This document shows, piece by piece, positions 1 through 9,434 of a DNA stretch of 64,000 bases. The stretch's first letter is position 1. Each line of letters begins with the position of its first letter. This stretch comes from Candidatus Multivorans sp. (GTDB lineage: Bacteria; Acidobacteriota; Thermoanaerobaculia; Multivoradales; Multivoraceae): positions 4,000,001 through 4,064,000 of the forward strand of contig OZ245033.1 in NCBI GenBank assembly GCA_965224025.1, written 5' to 3'. A program made the translations under genes and the position numbers. Below the pieces are notes generated by a model that was not told the DNA's origin, searched no databases, and worked only from the letters and a program-made list of their open reading frames with translations.

Positions 1-1109
1 ACGGCCGCACCTACCCGGACGAATACGAGAGCCTGGTGCTCCGCATGCGGCAGGAGGAGATCACCGTTTCCACCGTCGCCATCGGCGTCGAGTCCGACCG
101 CGAGCTGCTCGCGGACATCGCCGACTGGGGCGACGGCAACGCCTACACGATCGAGGATCCCTCGTCGGTGCAAAGCATTCTGATCGACGAGACGATGAAC
201 CAACTCCCCGACTCGACCCGGGAGGAGGAAATCCGTGTCGAGCAGCGCGGCCAGTCAGAAGTGCTCGCGGGAGTCGACATCGCCAAAGCACCCCAGCTCT
301 ATGGCCGCATCGCCGCGGTGGCCAAGGACAGCGCCGAGCTCATTCTCGGCGCCGGTGCAGGAACCCGTGACGGAGGCGACCCGATCCTGGCCAGCCGCTA
401 CGTCGGCCTGGGCAAGACCTGGATGTTCACCTCCGATCTCCAGCCCCGCTGGGCGAGCGACTGGCTGCGATGGCCTGAACTGCCCCGCCTCGTCGCCCAG
501 GTCGTCCGCGACGCGGCCGACCGGCGCGCCAGCGCAGAGTGGGAACTGCGCCTCGGCCGCCGGGACGAGGGCCTCGAAGCCGAACTCAGCGTGATCGAGG
601 ACGGCGGGCGCTTCGCCAGCGACCTCTCGCCGCGGCTCGTGGTGCTCCGCGGCGAGCGCCGCGTCGAAGCGCCGATGCAGCGCACCGGTCCCGGTCTCTA
701 CCGTCTCTCGCCCGAACAGGGCCTGCAACTCGCGCCAAGCCTCGAGCCCTACCGCGTCGAGGTCCACACCGGAGAACCGGGCGCCGAGGCGAACGTCGGG
801 CCAGGCCGCACCATCTTCTTCCCCGCCCGCGATGAGCTGCGTCCCGGCGCCCCCGACATCGCCGCCCTCGCCGAACTCGCCGCCGCCACCGGCGGCCTGT
901 TCCACGAGACCCTTGGCGGCGCCGTGGCCGCGATCACCGCACCCGGCGCCCAGACCGCGGTCCGGCGCTTCGAGTTGTGGTCGGTCCTCGCCACCGCCGC
1001 GACCGTCCTGTTCCTGGCCGAACTCCTCCTGCGCCGCCGCCGCCGGCATGTGGCTACGGCTACGGCTACCGCCACCGCGGCCCGCAGCGCTAACCGGCCG
1101 GCTGCGTAG
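1..1109 (+). CDS. VWA-domain membrane protein, 5'-partial
   Basis: Frame open from the window edge; 'ITVSTVAIG..SDRELLADIADWGDGNAY' resembles a VWA C-terminal motif; C-terminal TM helix followed by RRRRR. Confidence 0.75.
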   Translation, partial: GRTYPDEYESLVLRMRQEEITVSTVAIGVESDRELLADIADWGDGNAYTIEDPSSVQSILIDETMNQLPDSTREEEIRVEQRGQSEVLAGVDIAKAPQLYGRIAAVAKDSAELILGAGAGTRDGGDPILASRYVGLGKTWMFTSDLQPRWASDWLRWPELPRLVAQVVRDAADRRASAEWELRLGRRDEGLEAELSVIEDGGRFASDLSPRLVVLRGERRVEAPMQRTGPGLYRLSPEQGLQLAPSLEPYRVEVHTGEPGAEANVGPGRTIFFPARDELRPGAPDIAALAELAAATGGLFHETLGGAVAAITAPGAQTAVRRFELWSVLATAATVLFLAELLLRRRRRHVATATATATAARSANRPAA

Positions 1110-1158
1110 CCAGAATCGAGTGTTCCTCGCACGGGCGGCGAACCGCTATGCTCTGACC

Positions 1159-1389
1159 ATGCTGGCCAAGGCCCAAATCCAGAAAGAAGCTCTGAACCTG
1201 CCGGCGCAGGAACGCATCGAACTCGTGGTCGAGCTCTGGGACAGTCTGGCGCCGGGGGAAATTCCCCTCCCCGAGTGGCAGCGGGATCTTATTCAGGATC
1301 GGTTGGCGGCCCTGGATGAGATCTCGCCCGACGAACGTTCGGCGCCTTGGGAAGCCGTCCGCCCGCGAATCTTCGCCGACAAGGCGTGA
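1159..1389 (+). CDS. Addiction-module antitoxin component (TIGR02574-like)
   Basis: 76 aa 'EALNLPAQERIELVVELWDSL...PWEAVR'; GTGA overlap with the downstream toxin. Confidence 0.85.
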   Translation: MLAKAQIQKEALNLPAQERIELVVELWDSLAPGEIPLPEWQRDLIQDRLAALDEISPDERSAPWEAVRPRIFADKA

Positions 1390-1682
1390 CCCTAGCCGTC
1401 CGCCTGACATCCGCCGCAGTGCGGGATCTCGCGCTGGCCGAACGGTGGTACTCCGACGAAGCTCCCTACATGTTGGCTTCCTTCGAAGAGGAAGTCGACG
1501 CCGCCTTTGGCCGTATTTCGGGGGGACCTGACCTGTACCAGATCGTGGAGCCGACGATTCGACGCGCACCCTTACGAAAGTTCCCGTTCTCGATCTTCTA
1601 CCGGGCACTGCCCCAGTGGATCGAAGTCATCGCCGTGCTACATCAATCCCGGGATCCGAGGACATGGCACCGGCGGGTCTGA
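1386..1682 (+). CDS. RelE/ParE-family toxin
   Basis: 'RRAPLRKFPFSIFYR...IEVIAVLHQSRDP' ParE-like motif; translationally coupled to the antitoxin. Confidence 0.85.
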   Translation: MTLAVRLTSAAVRDLALAERWYSDEAPYMLASFEEEVDAAFGRISGGPDLYQIVEPTIRRAPLRKFPFSIFYRALPQWIEVIAVLHQSRDPRTWHRRV

Positions 1683-1698
1683 CTACGGAGCGCGCAGC

Positions 1699-1965
1699 CT
1701 CGGTTGGCACTACCTCGGCCCGCAACATCTGCCACGGCAAGCGCACGAGGTTCTCGTCGAGGACCACGTTCCGGAGGCGCTGATCCGGCTCAATCCTGAG
1801 ATTGCCGCACAGCCTGATCGGGCCGACGACGTATCGGCTGCGAGCCATCCTGATGGGCGTGCGAACCGACGGCCTGGAGAAGGCGAACGAAGAATTCGCG
1901 GCATGACTGTGCGGAGAACGGTCGCTGCCGTTCGGCGCGGATGGCGAACACGTGACGATTCCGTC
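1699..1965 (+). pseudogene. hsdR: Fragment of the N-terminus of a type I restriction R subunit
   Basis: 'LGWHY...EVLVEDHVPEALIRLNPEIAAQPDRADDV', frameshift to 'RLRAILMGVRTDGLEKANEEFAA*LCGERSLPFGADGEHVTI'; in-frame TGA at 1904-1906. Confidence 0.65.
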
Positions 1966-1985
1966 TGCCTCGCTGCGGAAAGAGG

Positions 1986-2972
1986 TCAGCGACCTGGAGA
2001 AACAGTCGCCGCCCACGCCAGCACGCCGGCCAGACCGGCATCCGTGCCGAGAACGGCCGGTTCGACGCGCACATCGTCGACCGGGAACACGCGCACGCGC
2101 TCGGCCAACTCCTGGCGGACGCCGTCGAACAGCAGGTCGCCGAGGCCGGCGACGCCGCCGCCAAGCACGATGAGCTCCGGATGGAGGGCAACGACGACGT
2201 TGGCCACGGCAATGCCGACGAGGCCCGCGATCCGTTCCAGTTCCCGAGTGACCGCCTCGTCGCCGGCCCTGGCGGCCTCGCCCATCGTCTCGGCCGTCAC
2301 CCGGCCCGCGCCTCCTCCCGCGAGTTCGAACAGCCGCGGCGCCTGGCCCGAGCGCAGAAGCCGGACGCCGGCGCCGGCGATCGCCGGGCCGCTCGCCACC
2401 GCCTCCAGGCAGCCGCGATTGCCGCAGCCGCAGAGCGGGCCGGTCGGGTCGACGATCTGGTGGCCGAGTTCTCCCGCCGAACCAAGCGGTCCCAGACGTA
2501 GCTTGCCGTCCACCACGACGCCGCCTCCGATCCCGGTGCCGAGCGCGAACAGAGCCATCGTCGACGTTCCGCGCCCGGCGCCCAGCGTGAACTCGCCCAG
2601 GGTCGCGGCACGGACGTCGTTCAGGAGATGGACGGGTGCCTCCAACCGTTCGCCGAGAATCCGCGCCACTGGTACGTTGCGCCACTGGGTCGGCAGGTTG
2701 GGCAGGAAGCGGGTTGTCCCGGCCTCGAGATCCACCAAACCCGGACAGCCGACGCCAACCGCGGCGGGGCGCTCACCGACCTCCTGCCCAAGTTCCAGGA
2801 TGCCCGTGGCGATCCGGTCAAGCACCGGTTTCCACCCGTCATAACCGCCGCCTTCGAGGTTCCTCCTCGCAACCAGACGGTACTCGCCCGCCGCCGGGTC
2901 GACGGACCCCAGCGCCAGCCCGATGTGGGAACCGCCGAGATCGACGGCGCCGTATAGCCCTTCAGCGGTCAT
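1986..2972 (-). CDS. ROK-family sugar kinase (glucokinase-like)
   Basis: VDLGGS, NDVRAATLGE, GTGIGGG, GELGH, CGCGNRGCLE motifs. Confidence 0.92.
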   Translation of the reverse strand: MTAEGLYGAVDLGGSHIGLALGSVDPAAGEYRLVARRNLEGGGYDGWKPVLDRIATGILELGQEVGERPAAVGVGCPGLVDLEAGTTRFLPNLPTQWRNVPVARILGERLEAPVHLLNDVRAATLGEFTLGAGRGTSTMALFALGTGIGGGVVVDGKLRLGPLGSAGELGHQIVDPTGPLCGCGNRGCLEAVASGPAIAGAGVRLLRSGQAPRLFELAGGGAGRVTAETMGEAARAGDEAVTRELERIAGLVGIAVANVVVALHPELIVLGGGVAGLGDLLFDGVRQELAERVRVFPVDDVRVEPAVLGTDAGLAGVLAWAATVSPGR

Positions 2973-2984
2973 CGGGCACGCACC

Positions 2985-3048
2985 GGATGCGGGCAGGATG
3001 CCCGCGTTCCCAGGGCCGGATGCGGGCAAGATGCCCGGGTTCCCAAGG
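2985..3048. repeat. Tandem pair of REP-like palindromes (GGATGCGGGCAGGATGCCCGCGTTCCCAGG)
   Basis: Stem GCGGGCA-GGA-TGCCCGC plus GTTCCCAG tail; the same unit recurs at 20385, 36096, 39671 and 62626. Confidence 0.8.
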
Positions 3049-3110
3049 GCAGACGGCGCGCCCAACGGTGTGGACGCGCCGCATATCGAAGACTCTTCGT
3101 TGTGGGGCGG

Positions 3111-4454
3111 TTACTGACCGCCGCCGGCCGCAGGCGTCGCGGTCGCCGGGGCGTCCTCCGCCTCGGTGACCTGCTCGTCGCCCCGATCCTCCGAGTAGTC
3201 GATGAAGCCGATCATCATCTCGTCGGTGGTCGGACCGCCGAAGCGGATGGCGCGGGTGGTGTCGAGCTCCAGGACAGTGGCTTCGTTCCGCTCCTCGGTG
3301 TTGACGTAGGTCATCAGCACGTCGATACGGGTGCCGGCCGGTATGTCCTTCGGCTCCTTGTAGGTGTAGTTCGCCTGCCAGTTCCAGTCGTAGGCCGGAA
3401 CGTTGAGCAGAACCTCCTCGGTGCCGTCGGGGTAGTACGCGGTGTACTTCGCGTCCAGACCGCGCAGATGGGAGTGCGGCAGGTAGCCGTAGATCGTGGC
3501 GGGGTACTCGAAGACCTTGGAGGCGCCGATCACCCAGTTCTCATGGCCCGGCGGGATCTCGAAGTCGCTGTTGCCGACGCCTTCCCACTTGACGATGCGG
3601 TCGATCTTCGCGTCCTTCGGGTGGAACTTGAAGGCCATCCGGGAGCGATCCCAGACGCCGGTGTCCACGCCCGGCTCCTTGTTGTAGTGCATCGAGAAGT
3701 AGAGCTGGGTGCCCGGCACCAGCAAGCGGCCGGCGCCGTCAGGAAGCTGGAAGGGCTCGGTGCCGGGAGCGATGCCGCCGATCAGGCCCGCGGCACCGGG
3801 CGTCTCGGTCTCGGCGGCGATCCGGGAACCGACGACGTGATGAACCACGTCACTGCCGGGCCGGAACTCGATCGCCTTGATCCAGCGCGGCTCGGAGAGC
3901 ATCTCATCCGTGATCATCTCGGCCTTCAGGCTGATGTTCAGGTCCTTCACGTCGTCGTCGACCCAGAACGGCTCGGCCAGATCGAGCACCAGGTCCGGCT
4001 CGCCGATCAGCCATCCGGTCGGCCACTCGACCGGCGCCGGCGCCTTCGCCGGATCGCCGCGGCGGGCACCCGTGTTGGTCCAGGTGAGAAGCGTGTCGAT
4101 CTCCTCCTGGCTCAGAACCCGCTCGTTCGTGAACTGGCCGTGGGTCTCCTCGCTCGCGAACCAGGGCGGCATCCGCTTTGCCTCCACCTGGCGGGCGATG
4201 CTGCGGGCCCAGGGGCGGGCCTCCTCGTAGGTCGTCAACGCCATCGGCGCCTTCATGCCGCCGTAGGCGACGCCCTCGGGGCGATGGCAGCCCTGACAGG
4301 AGCGCTGCAGGATCGGCTCGACGTCTTCATGGAACGTCACAACGTCCTTGGACGCGTTGGGGCCGGCGGCGAAAGCCGGAGCGGCAGCGACAAGCAGCAC
4401 GGCGACAAGAGCGCAGCAGCGCCAACGGTTGGAAATCACGAGGTTGGAGATCAC
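3111..4454 (-). CDS. Secreted cytochrome c (CxxCH) / copper type II monooxygenase-like domain protein
   Basis: GGAGG RBS before GTG at 4454; signal peptide; CQGCH; VVHH, PHSH and TTDEM motifs. Confidence 0.75.
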   Translation of the reverse strand: MISNLVISNRWRCCALVAVLLVAAAPAFAAGPNASKDVVTFHEDVEPILQRSCQGCHRPEGVAYGGMKAPMALTTYEEARPWARSIARQVEAKRMPPWFASEETHGQFTNERVLSQEEIDTLLTWTNTGARRGDPAKAPAPVEWPTGWLIGEPDLVLDLAEPFWVDDDVKDLNISLKAEMITDEMLSEPRWIKAIEFRPGSDVVHHVVGSRIAAETETPGAAGLIGGIAPGTEPFQLPDGAGRLLVPGTQLYFSMHYNKEPGVDTGVWDRSRMAFKFHPKDAKIDRIVKWEGVGNSDFEIPPGHENWVIGASKVFEYPATIYGYLPHSHLRGLDAKYTAYYPDGTEEVLLNVPAYDWNWQANYTYKEPKDIPAGTRIDVLMTYVNTEERNEATVLELDTTRAIRFGGPTTDEMMIGFIDYSEDRGDEQVTEAEDAPATATPAAGGGQ

Positions 4455-4596
4455 GAGCGTCCTCCCGGGTCCAGGGTTGCTGGTTGGCGGTTCAGAATCT
4501 TCCGGCAATGTACCACGTCCGGGCTGCTTCGCCCAAACGGAAAGCGCTGTCCAACGAGAAGTGATCGTGAGTCGCCGGTGTCGGCGATCATCGGAG

Positions 4597-4884
4597 AATG
4601 ATCGTGAGGCCACAGACGCACGGTCTAAAGACGCTGGACGACGTACGGGCCTTCCTGGTCGGCAGCGGAGGCGTGGACCTGGAACCCTTGGACCGGGAGG
4701 TCGGCGTACCGGCGCCCCCGGGACGGTGTTCGAGATCGAGAAGACGAAGGCCGTGACGGTTCCGATCGGCGAGCGCAGCAAGCCGAGGCCGGGAGGTCGG
4801 CCGGGGTTCCTGCGGGGCGAGGTAGTGGACGAGAGAAGGCCGTACAAGGGAGCGCTACCGCTACCAGGACACCATGACCGTCTC
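4597..4884 (+). pseudogene. Multiply deleted remnant of an rve/integrase-type IS transposase
   Basis: Juxtaposed pieces 'MIVRPQTHGLKTLDDVRAFLVGS', 'KTKAVTVPIGERSKPRPGGRPGFLR' and 'RYRYQDTMT' resemble the N-, mid- and C-terminal parts of one transposase family. Confidence 0.5.
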
Positions 4885-4986
4885 TTGAGGCAAGTTTCGG
4901 CCAGAGCCATGCATCGACCGTTCGCCCACAGGCAACGGCGAAGTCCGCAAGAACATGCTCGTCGGTCTGAGGCGAAGCCTCGCTGG
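4885..4986 (+). mobile_element. Left-truncated non-autonomous copy of the CTAG-bounded element
   Basis: Matches the reverse complement of 6222-6323 and ends ...GAGGCGAAGCCTCGCTGG (CTGG instead of CTAG). Confidence 0.8.
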
Positions 4987-5013
4987 TATTGGACAAGGAT
5001 GCCTGGCTCGCGC

Positions 5014-5817
5014 TCAACACTGCGCCATCGCCGCAAGCTCCGGCACTCGGCTGCGAAGCCTCCGTCTGAACGCTCCGCTCTCCGTGCAGGCCACGCTCAG
5101 GGTGTCGGCCACGATCGCCTCCAATTCCGGGGGCAGGGGCTCTTCCAGATCCCAGGTCAACGCGTGCACGACGCCGTCCAGGCGCATGTCCAGGCTGATG
5201 CGGCGGCCCCAGCTCCGTCGAAGCCCCAACTCCCATTCGCGCGCTCCGGGGCACGCCTCCCCGTCACCGAGGCGCCCGAAGGACCAGCCCGGGCCGCATG
5301 TGCCTGCCGCGAGACTTTCAAGTTCCGGGACGGTCCACGCCTCCGCCAGGGCACGCATTTGCCCTTCGTTCATCGAATCGCAGAGTGTCGCTTCGTGTTT
5401 CATGTACGTAACGCCTCCGGTCAGGTTGACCTTGAAGCTCTGGAAGGAACCCGCGGGAGCAACTACGTCCAGGCTCAGCAGCTTCTTCGGCCTCCAGCCC
5501 GCTCCCTGGCCGGGGAAGAGGCACACGGGGTCGATGTAGGCGCAGGCCGAGACCGCCAGCAGCGCGGCCGCGGCAGCTAGTCTCCCCAGCGGTAGATGCG
5601 CCTGGAGGCCGCCGCGCAGCGATCCCGTGCTTGGGCTGGCGCCGCCAGATCGGTCCGAGGTGCCGCCATTGGCCCCCGCCTGCAGGCGCCAGCAACCCGT
5701 GCGGAAGGACTCGCTCCTTTGCGCGCTGCGGCACAAGCTGCCAAGTCCGGGGCCGTCTTGTTTGCTGTCAGCGAACCGCGGGCCCATCGCACTGGTGATC
5801 CGGAGGCGAGACCGCAA
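5014..5817 (-). CDS. Hypothetical lipoprotein-like protein (start uncertain), candidate partner of the PLA2-like gene
   Basis: 'LAAAAALLAVSAC' lipobox-like segment; lies directly downstream of the PLA2-like ORF on the same strand. Confidence 0.45.
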   Translation of the reverse strand: MRSRLRITSAMGPRFADSKQDGPGLGSLCRSAQRSESFRTGCWRLQAGANGGTSDRSGGASPSTGSLRGGLQAHLPLGRLAAAAALLAVSACAYIDPVCLFPGQGAGWRPKKLLSLDVVAPAGSFQSFKVNLTGGVTYMKHEATLCDSMNEGQMRALAEAWTVPELESLAAGTCGPGWSFGRLGDGEACPGAREWELGLRRSWGRRISLDMRLDGVVHALTWDLEEPLPPELEAIVADTLSVACTESGAFRRRLRSRVPELAAMAQC

Positions 5818-6221
5818 CTTCTACTCCTCGATGGGCCCGGAGGGACACCTCGGGTCAGGCGGGCAGCACGAGGAGGCCCTGCCATGTTCCCCGATGGCTC
5901 TGCACATGTCCGGGTTGCAGAGAGCACACTGCGCCTCTGCGAACTGCTCCAGGTTGAGCGACACGCCAACGAACGCCGCAGTGGCGGCGCTCTCGCACAG
6001 CTTCCTGAACTTCTTGATCTCCGTCTTGCTCGATCCAGCGGCCCTCATGAACACCTCCGCTGCCGTGCATATAGCCAGCAAGTCTCCGTACAACCTCAAG
6101 TCGCACCCCACCTTCAGGCCAAATCCGGGAAACCCCGTGGCACACGACCCCGGTGTTCGCCAGCAAAGGTCGTGGCGGAGGCACGAGTCCAAGAGCGCAC
6201 GGTCCAAGCGGTGCTGCACCA

Positions 6222-6356
6222 CTAGCGAGGCTTCGCCTCAGACCGACGAGCATGTTCCTTGCGGCCTCGGCGGTCGCCCGCGGGCGACGTATCGATGCAT
6301 GGCTCTGGCCGAAACTTGCCTCAACTGTAAAGGTCACGCCTGCTCAAGGTATCTAG
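6222..6356 (-). mobile_element. 135-bp non-autonomous element (MITE-like, no TIRs) bounded by CTAG
   Basis: 6222-6255 is the exact reverse complement of 11262-11295; 6311-6354 matches 9450-9493 with one mismatch; internal 16-bp palindrome at 6273-6288. Confidence 0.88.
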
Positions 6357-7435
6357 TGTAGTGTCTCCAACATGGCTTTACTACGTGTAACCTTTGCGAC
6401 GATGCTGTCGGCGGTGGCCGTCCAGACGAACGGCCGGGAGTTTTCGTTGCTGTGGTCCACATAGTCGTAGATGGTCTTTACGAGGTCGTTGACGCTCTGG
6501 AATGCACCGCGCCGGATCGCCTTCGTGGTCAGACCGCCCAGCCAGCGTTCGACCAGGTTAAGCCAGGGCGACGAAGTGGGAATGAAATGGAGGTGGAAGC
6601 GAGGCTTTCGCTCCAGCCATGCGCGCACGGCGGCGTGTTTGTGGGTCTGGTAGTTGTCCAGGATCAGGTGCAGGTCGAGGTGCTTTGGGATCTCACGGTC
6701 GAGACGCTTGAGGAAACGGAGAAACTCCTGGTGGCGCTGCCGGCCCATGCACTCCGCGATCACCGTGCCCTCCAACACGTTCAGCGCAGCGAACAACGTC
6801 GTCGTCCCGTTGCGCTTGTAGTCGTGGGTCATCGTTCCCGCGCGGCCGCGCTTGAGCGGCAAACCCGGCTGGGTCCGGTCCAGAGCCTGGATCTGGCTCT
6901 TCTCGTCCACGCACAGCACAAGCGCATTCTCGGGCGGATTCCGGTACAGGCCCACAACGTCCCGCAGCTTTTCCACGAACCTGGGGTCGTTACTCAGCTT
7001 GAACGTCCTGACCAGATGGGGCTTCAGCCCGTGCGCCGCCCAGATGCGCTGGACCGCCGCCGGACTGATGCCCTGGGCCCGAGCCATCGAACGCACGCTC
7101 CAGTGGGTCTGACCGGGCGGCTTCTCGTGCAGCGTCGCTTCGATCACTTTACGCACGACCGACTCCGAGAGCGGCGGCTTTCCGCAACCGCGGGGACGAT
7201 CCCTGGTCAGCCCCGAAGGCCCGTCCTCCGCGAACCGACGACGCCACAGCAGCACCGTGGGCCGCGAAACTCCGAGTTTCGCCGCGATCGCCCGATTGGC
7301 CGTGCCCTCCGCCGCAGCGAGCACGATCCGGCTACGCCGGACCGTGCGTTGCGGCGTCGTCGGCGCCTCTACGCATTTCTTGAGAAGCGCTCGATCGCTC
7401 TCTTCGATGTCAAGTCGTTCCGCTGGTTCCCACAT
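6353..7435 (-). CDS. IS630-family transposase
   Basis: N-terminal HTH; VDEKSQIQAL, ILDNYQTHK and WLNLVERW DDE motifs; stop codon formed at the target site. Confidence 0.93.
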   Translation of the reverse strand: MWEPAERLDIEESDRALLKKCVEAPTTPQRTVRRSRIVLAAAEGTANRAIAAKLGVSRPTVLLWRRRFAEDGPSGLTRDRPRGCGKPPLSESVVRKVIEATLHEKPPGQTHWSVRSMARAQGISPAAVQRIWAAHGLKPHLVRTFKLSNDPRFVEKLRDVVGLYRNPPENALVLCVDEKSQIQALDRTQPGLPLKRGRAGTMTHDYKRNGTTTLFAALNVLEGTVIAECMGRQRHQEFLRFLKRLDREIPKHLDLHLILDNYQTHKHAAVRAWLERKPRFHLHFIPTSSPWLNLVERWLGGLTTKAIRRGAFQSVNDLVKTIYDYVDHSNENSRPFVWTATADSIVAKVTRSKAMLETLH

Positions 7436-7492
7436 GAACGGAATACTGACGAACTTAACCGAAACTGTCAACCCATGTCGGAGACACTACAC
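6356..7492 (-). mobile_element. IS630-family insertion sequence
   Basis: TIR GTGTAGTGTCTCC(A/G)ACATGG at both ends, TA duplicated within a CTAG target. Confidence 0.92.
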
Positions 7493-7851
7493 TAGTGGGA
7501 GCATCAAGCTACAGCCATCCGGATCAGGCAGCGTCGACTGCTGGATCGACGCCGTCGGTTCGATTGCCCCAATGGGAGCCTCGGAGCGCTCGATATCGAC
7601 GACCAACCACTCGTTGTCTCGATCCTGCGGCGAGACGGCGGTCGCCAAGGCTACGGTGGCGAAGAAGAAAGCGAGAACGCTCAACGGCGTGCGATGGATC
7701 CGAGTCTCTCGGTTCATTGGAGGACCTTCGCTTGTTCAGGCGAGGAGCGTAGCACGCTGGGACAAGGCTCTTCGTGTCGCGGTTCTGGCAGCAACTTGCT
7801 CCCTCTATTGCCCTTGAACGCACGTCAAAGGCGTGAACCCGAGTGCCTAGC

Positions 7852-7890
7852 CTAGACTCCTTGAACAGGCGTGACCTGTCAAGTTTGGCC
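7852..7890 (+). mobile_element. Isolated divergent left end of the CTAG-bounded element family
   Basis: CTAGACTCCTTGAACAGGCGTGACCT versus the end consensus CTAGAT(T/A)CCTTGAGCAGGCGTGACCT. Confidence 0.65.
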
Positions 7891-8002
7891 GAGGGACCTT
7901 GCCAGTTCGGTGCCCGCAAGTCGCCGATGTCTGATCTCTGGATAATGGGATGGTCCGCCCCGCACCTTTTACGGCCTCAGATGGGCCAGGATGGTGTTTT
8001 TT

Positions 8003-9353
8003 GCCTCTTTCGAGTTGCGAGTGGGTAGGGCGCGGGCGAGTGCAGATGCTGAGGGGGTCTTGGGATAGCGGCCTCCGCCGCCGTAGCCGCCGCCGTCGGG
8101 CTGTGGAATCTGCGGAAGACCGGTAGCGGCGAGGGCGCAAGCTGTCCGGTGGGGAGGGCGTTCGCGGCGATTTCGGGTGGCGGCGGTAGTCGCGGGCGAT
8201 CGGAATGAGCAAGACTCGTCTCTCCTGTTCCGACTGAAGGAGGACGAGAGATGCAGAGGGAATTGTTCGCGAGAGCGCTGGGCGTGTCGGCGCCGTGGTT
8301 CGTTGACGGCGTGGACTTCTGTGAGAGGGAGCGTCGGTTGACGATACGGATCGACTTCAGGAAGGGCAGCCGATTCGCCCACGAGGGGGACGGCGGTTCT
8401 CATCCGGTGCACGACACGCAGATCAAGCGCTATCGGCACCTCAACTTCTTCCAGCACGAGTGCCTGCTCGAGGCGCGAGTGCCCCGTGTGCGACTCCCCG
8501 ACCAGCGGGTGGCGTTGGTGACTCCGCCCTGGTCGGGCAGATTGTCCGGCTTCACGCTGCTGTTCGAAGCCTTGATTCTGGCCATGTGCCGAGACATGAC
8601 CTTCGCTGCGGTGGCCCGGTTGACCGGGGTGTCGTGGCATCGGGTGCACGCGATCTGCAAGCGCTACGTCGAGCTGGCGGTCGACCGGGACGACCTCTCC
8701 GAACTGCGCCACGTGGCCATTGACGAGACTTCCCGCGCCAAGGGGCACGACTACGTGACCGCGGTCGCCGACAGCGAGCGCCGGCGCGTGGTGTTCCTCG
8801 CCGAGGGACGCAAGTCCGGCACGATCGAGGAGTTCGCCGACGATCTGCAAAGGCGCGGCGGCGATCCCGCCGCGATCAGCCGGGCGTCCATCGACATGTC
8901 GGCCGCCTTCCTCAAGGGCGTCGCCGAGAATCTCCCCAACGCCGAGGTGACCCTCGACCGCCTCGTCAAGAGGGTCGCCGGCCGACGCACCGCACGCGCC
9001 TGGCTCTACCGGGAGCAGCTTCGCGAAATCCTCAACCGCAAGCAGATCAACGTCGTGCTGCGAATGCTCCATCAGTGGTGCACCAACGTGAACCGCTCCA
9101 AGGTCGAACCCATGAAGGCCGTCGCCCGCACCATCCGAAAGCACCTGCAAGCGATCGCTGCCTGGGCGCGAACCCGGCAGACCAACGGCTTCCTCGAAGC
9201 CCTCAACGGACTCTTCCAGTCCGCCAAACGCAAGGCCAGAGACTACAAGCGATTCGACACCATACGCATCGCCTTCTTCCTCATCGCCGGCAAACTCGAC
9301 TTCCACACGCTCAACCCGCACACGGCCTGACCCACTCGTAATTCAAAAGAGCC
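8003..9353 (+). mobile_element. ISL3-family IS, copy 1 (internally deleted)
   Basis: 24-bp imperfect TIR (GCCTCTTTCGAG.../...TTCAAAAGAGCC); flanks TGTTTTTT / TGTTTTTC; 147 bp shorter than copy 2. Confidence 0.92.
8251..9330 (+). pseudogene. ISL3 transposase with a 49-aa in-frame deletion
   Basis: Near-identical to 43028-44254 but lacks 'KFHVMAL...RADLD'; the junction lies at a CCTCGAC microhomology. Confidence 0.85.
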
Positions 9354-9434
9354 TGTTTTTCTCCAAACAACAAGGAGGAGGCGGACCGTGGAAGAGATTA
9401 CTCGAGTCGGGATCGATCTGGGGAAGCACGTGTA

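Larger units (their letters stand above)
5821..7717 (-). pseudogene. Secreted phospholipase A2-like gene interrupted by a mini-element and IS630
   Basis: Joining 7717-7492 to 6221-5821 at a single CTAG gives an open 208-aa ORF with a signal peptide and DGCS...CLRHDLCW...CDLRLYGDLLAIC. Confidence 0.75.

Noticed and set aside
1052-1070. GGCTAC x3 microsatellite as a phase-variation tract
   Set aside because: In-frame 6-bp unit in a low-complexity C-terminal tail; a length change would not switch expression.
2985-3048. Tandem palindromic repeats as a CRISPR array
   Set aside because: No spacer between the units, and single copies are dispersed across the window, which is REP-like.
4885-6356. 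A single TIR transposon carrying 5014-6222 as cargo
   Set aside because: The inverted sequences are two separate mini-elements; the 6222 copy interrupts a gene that continues outside at 7492-7717.
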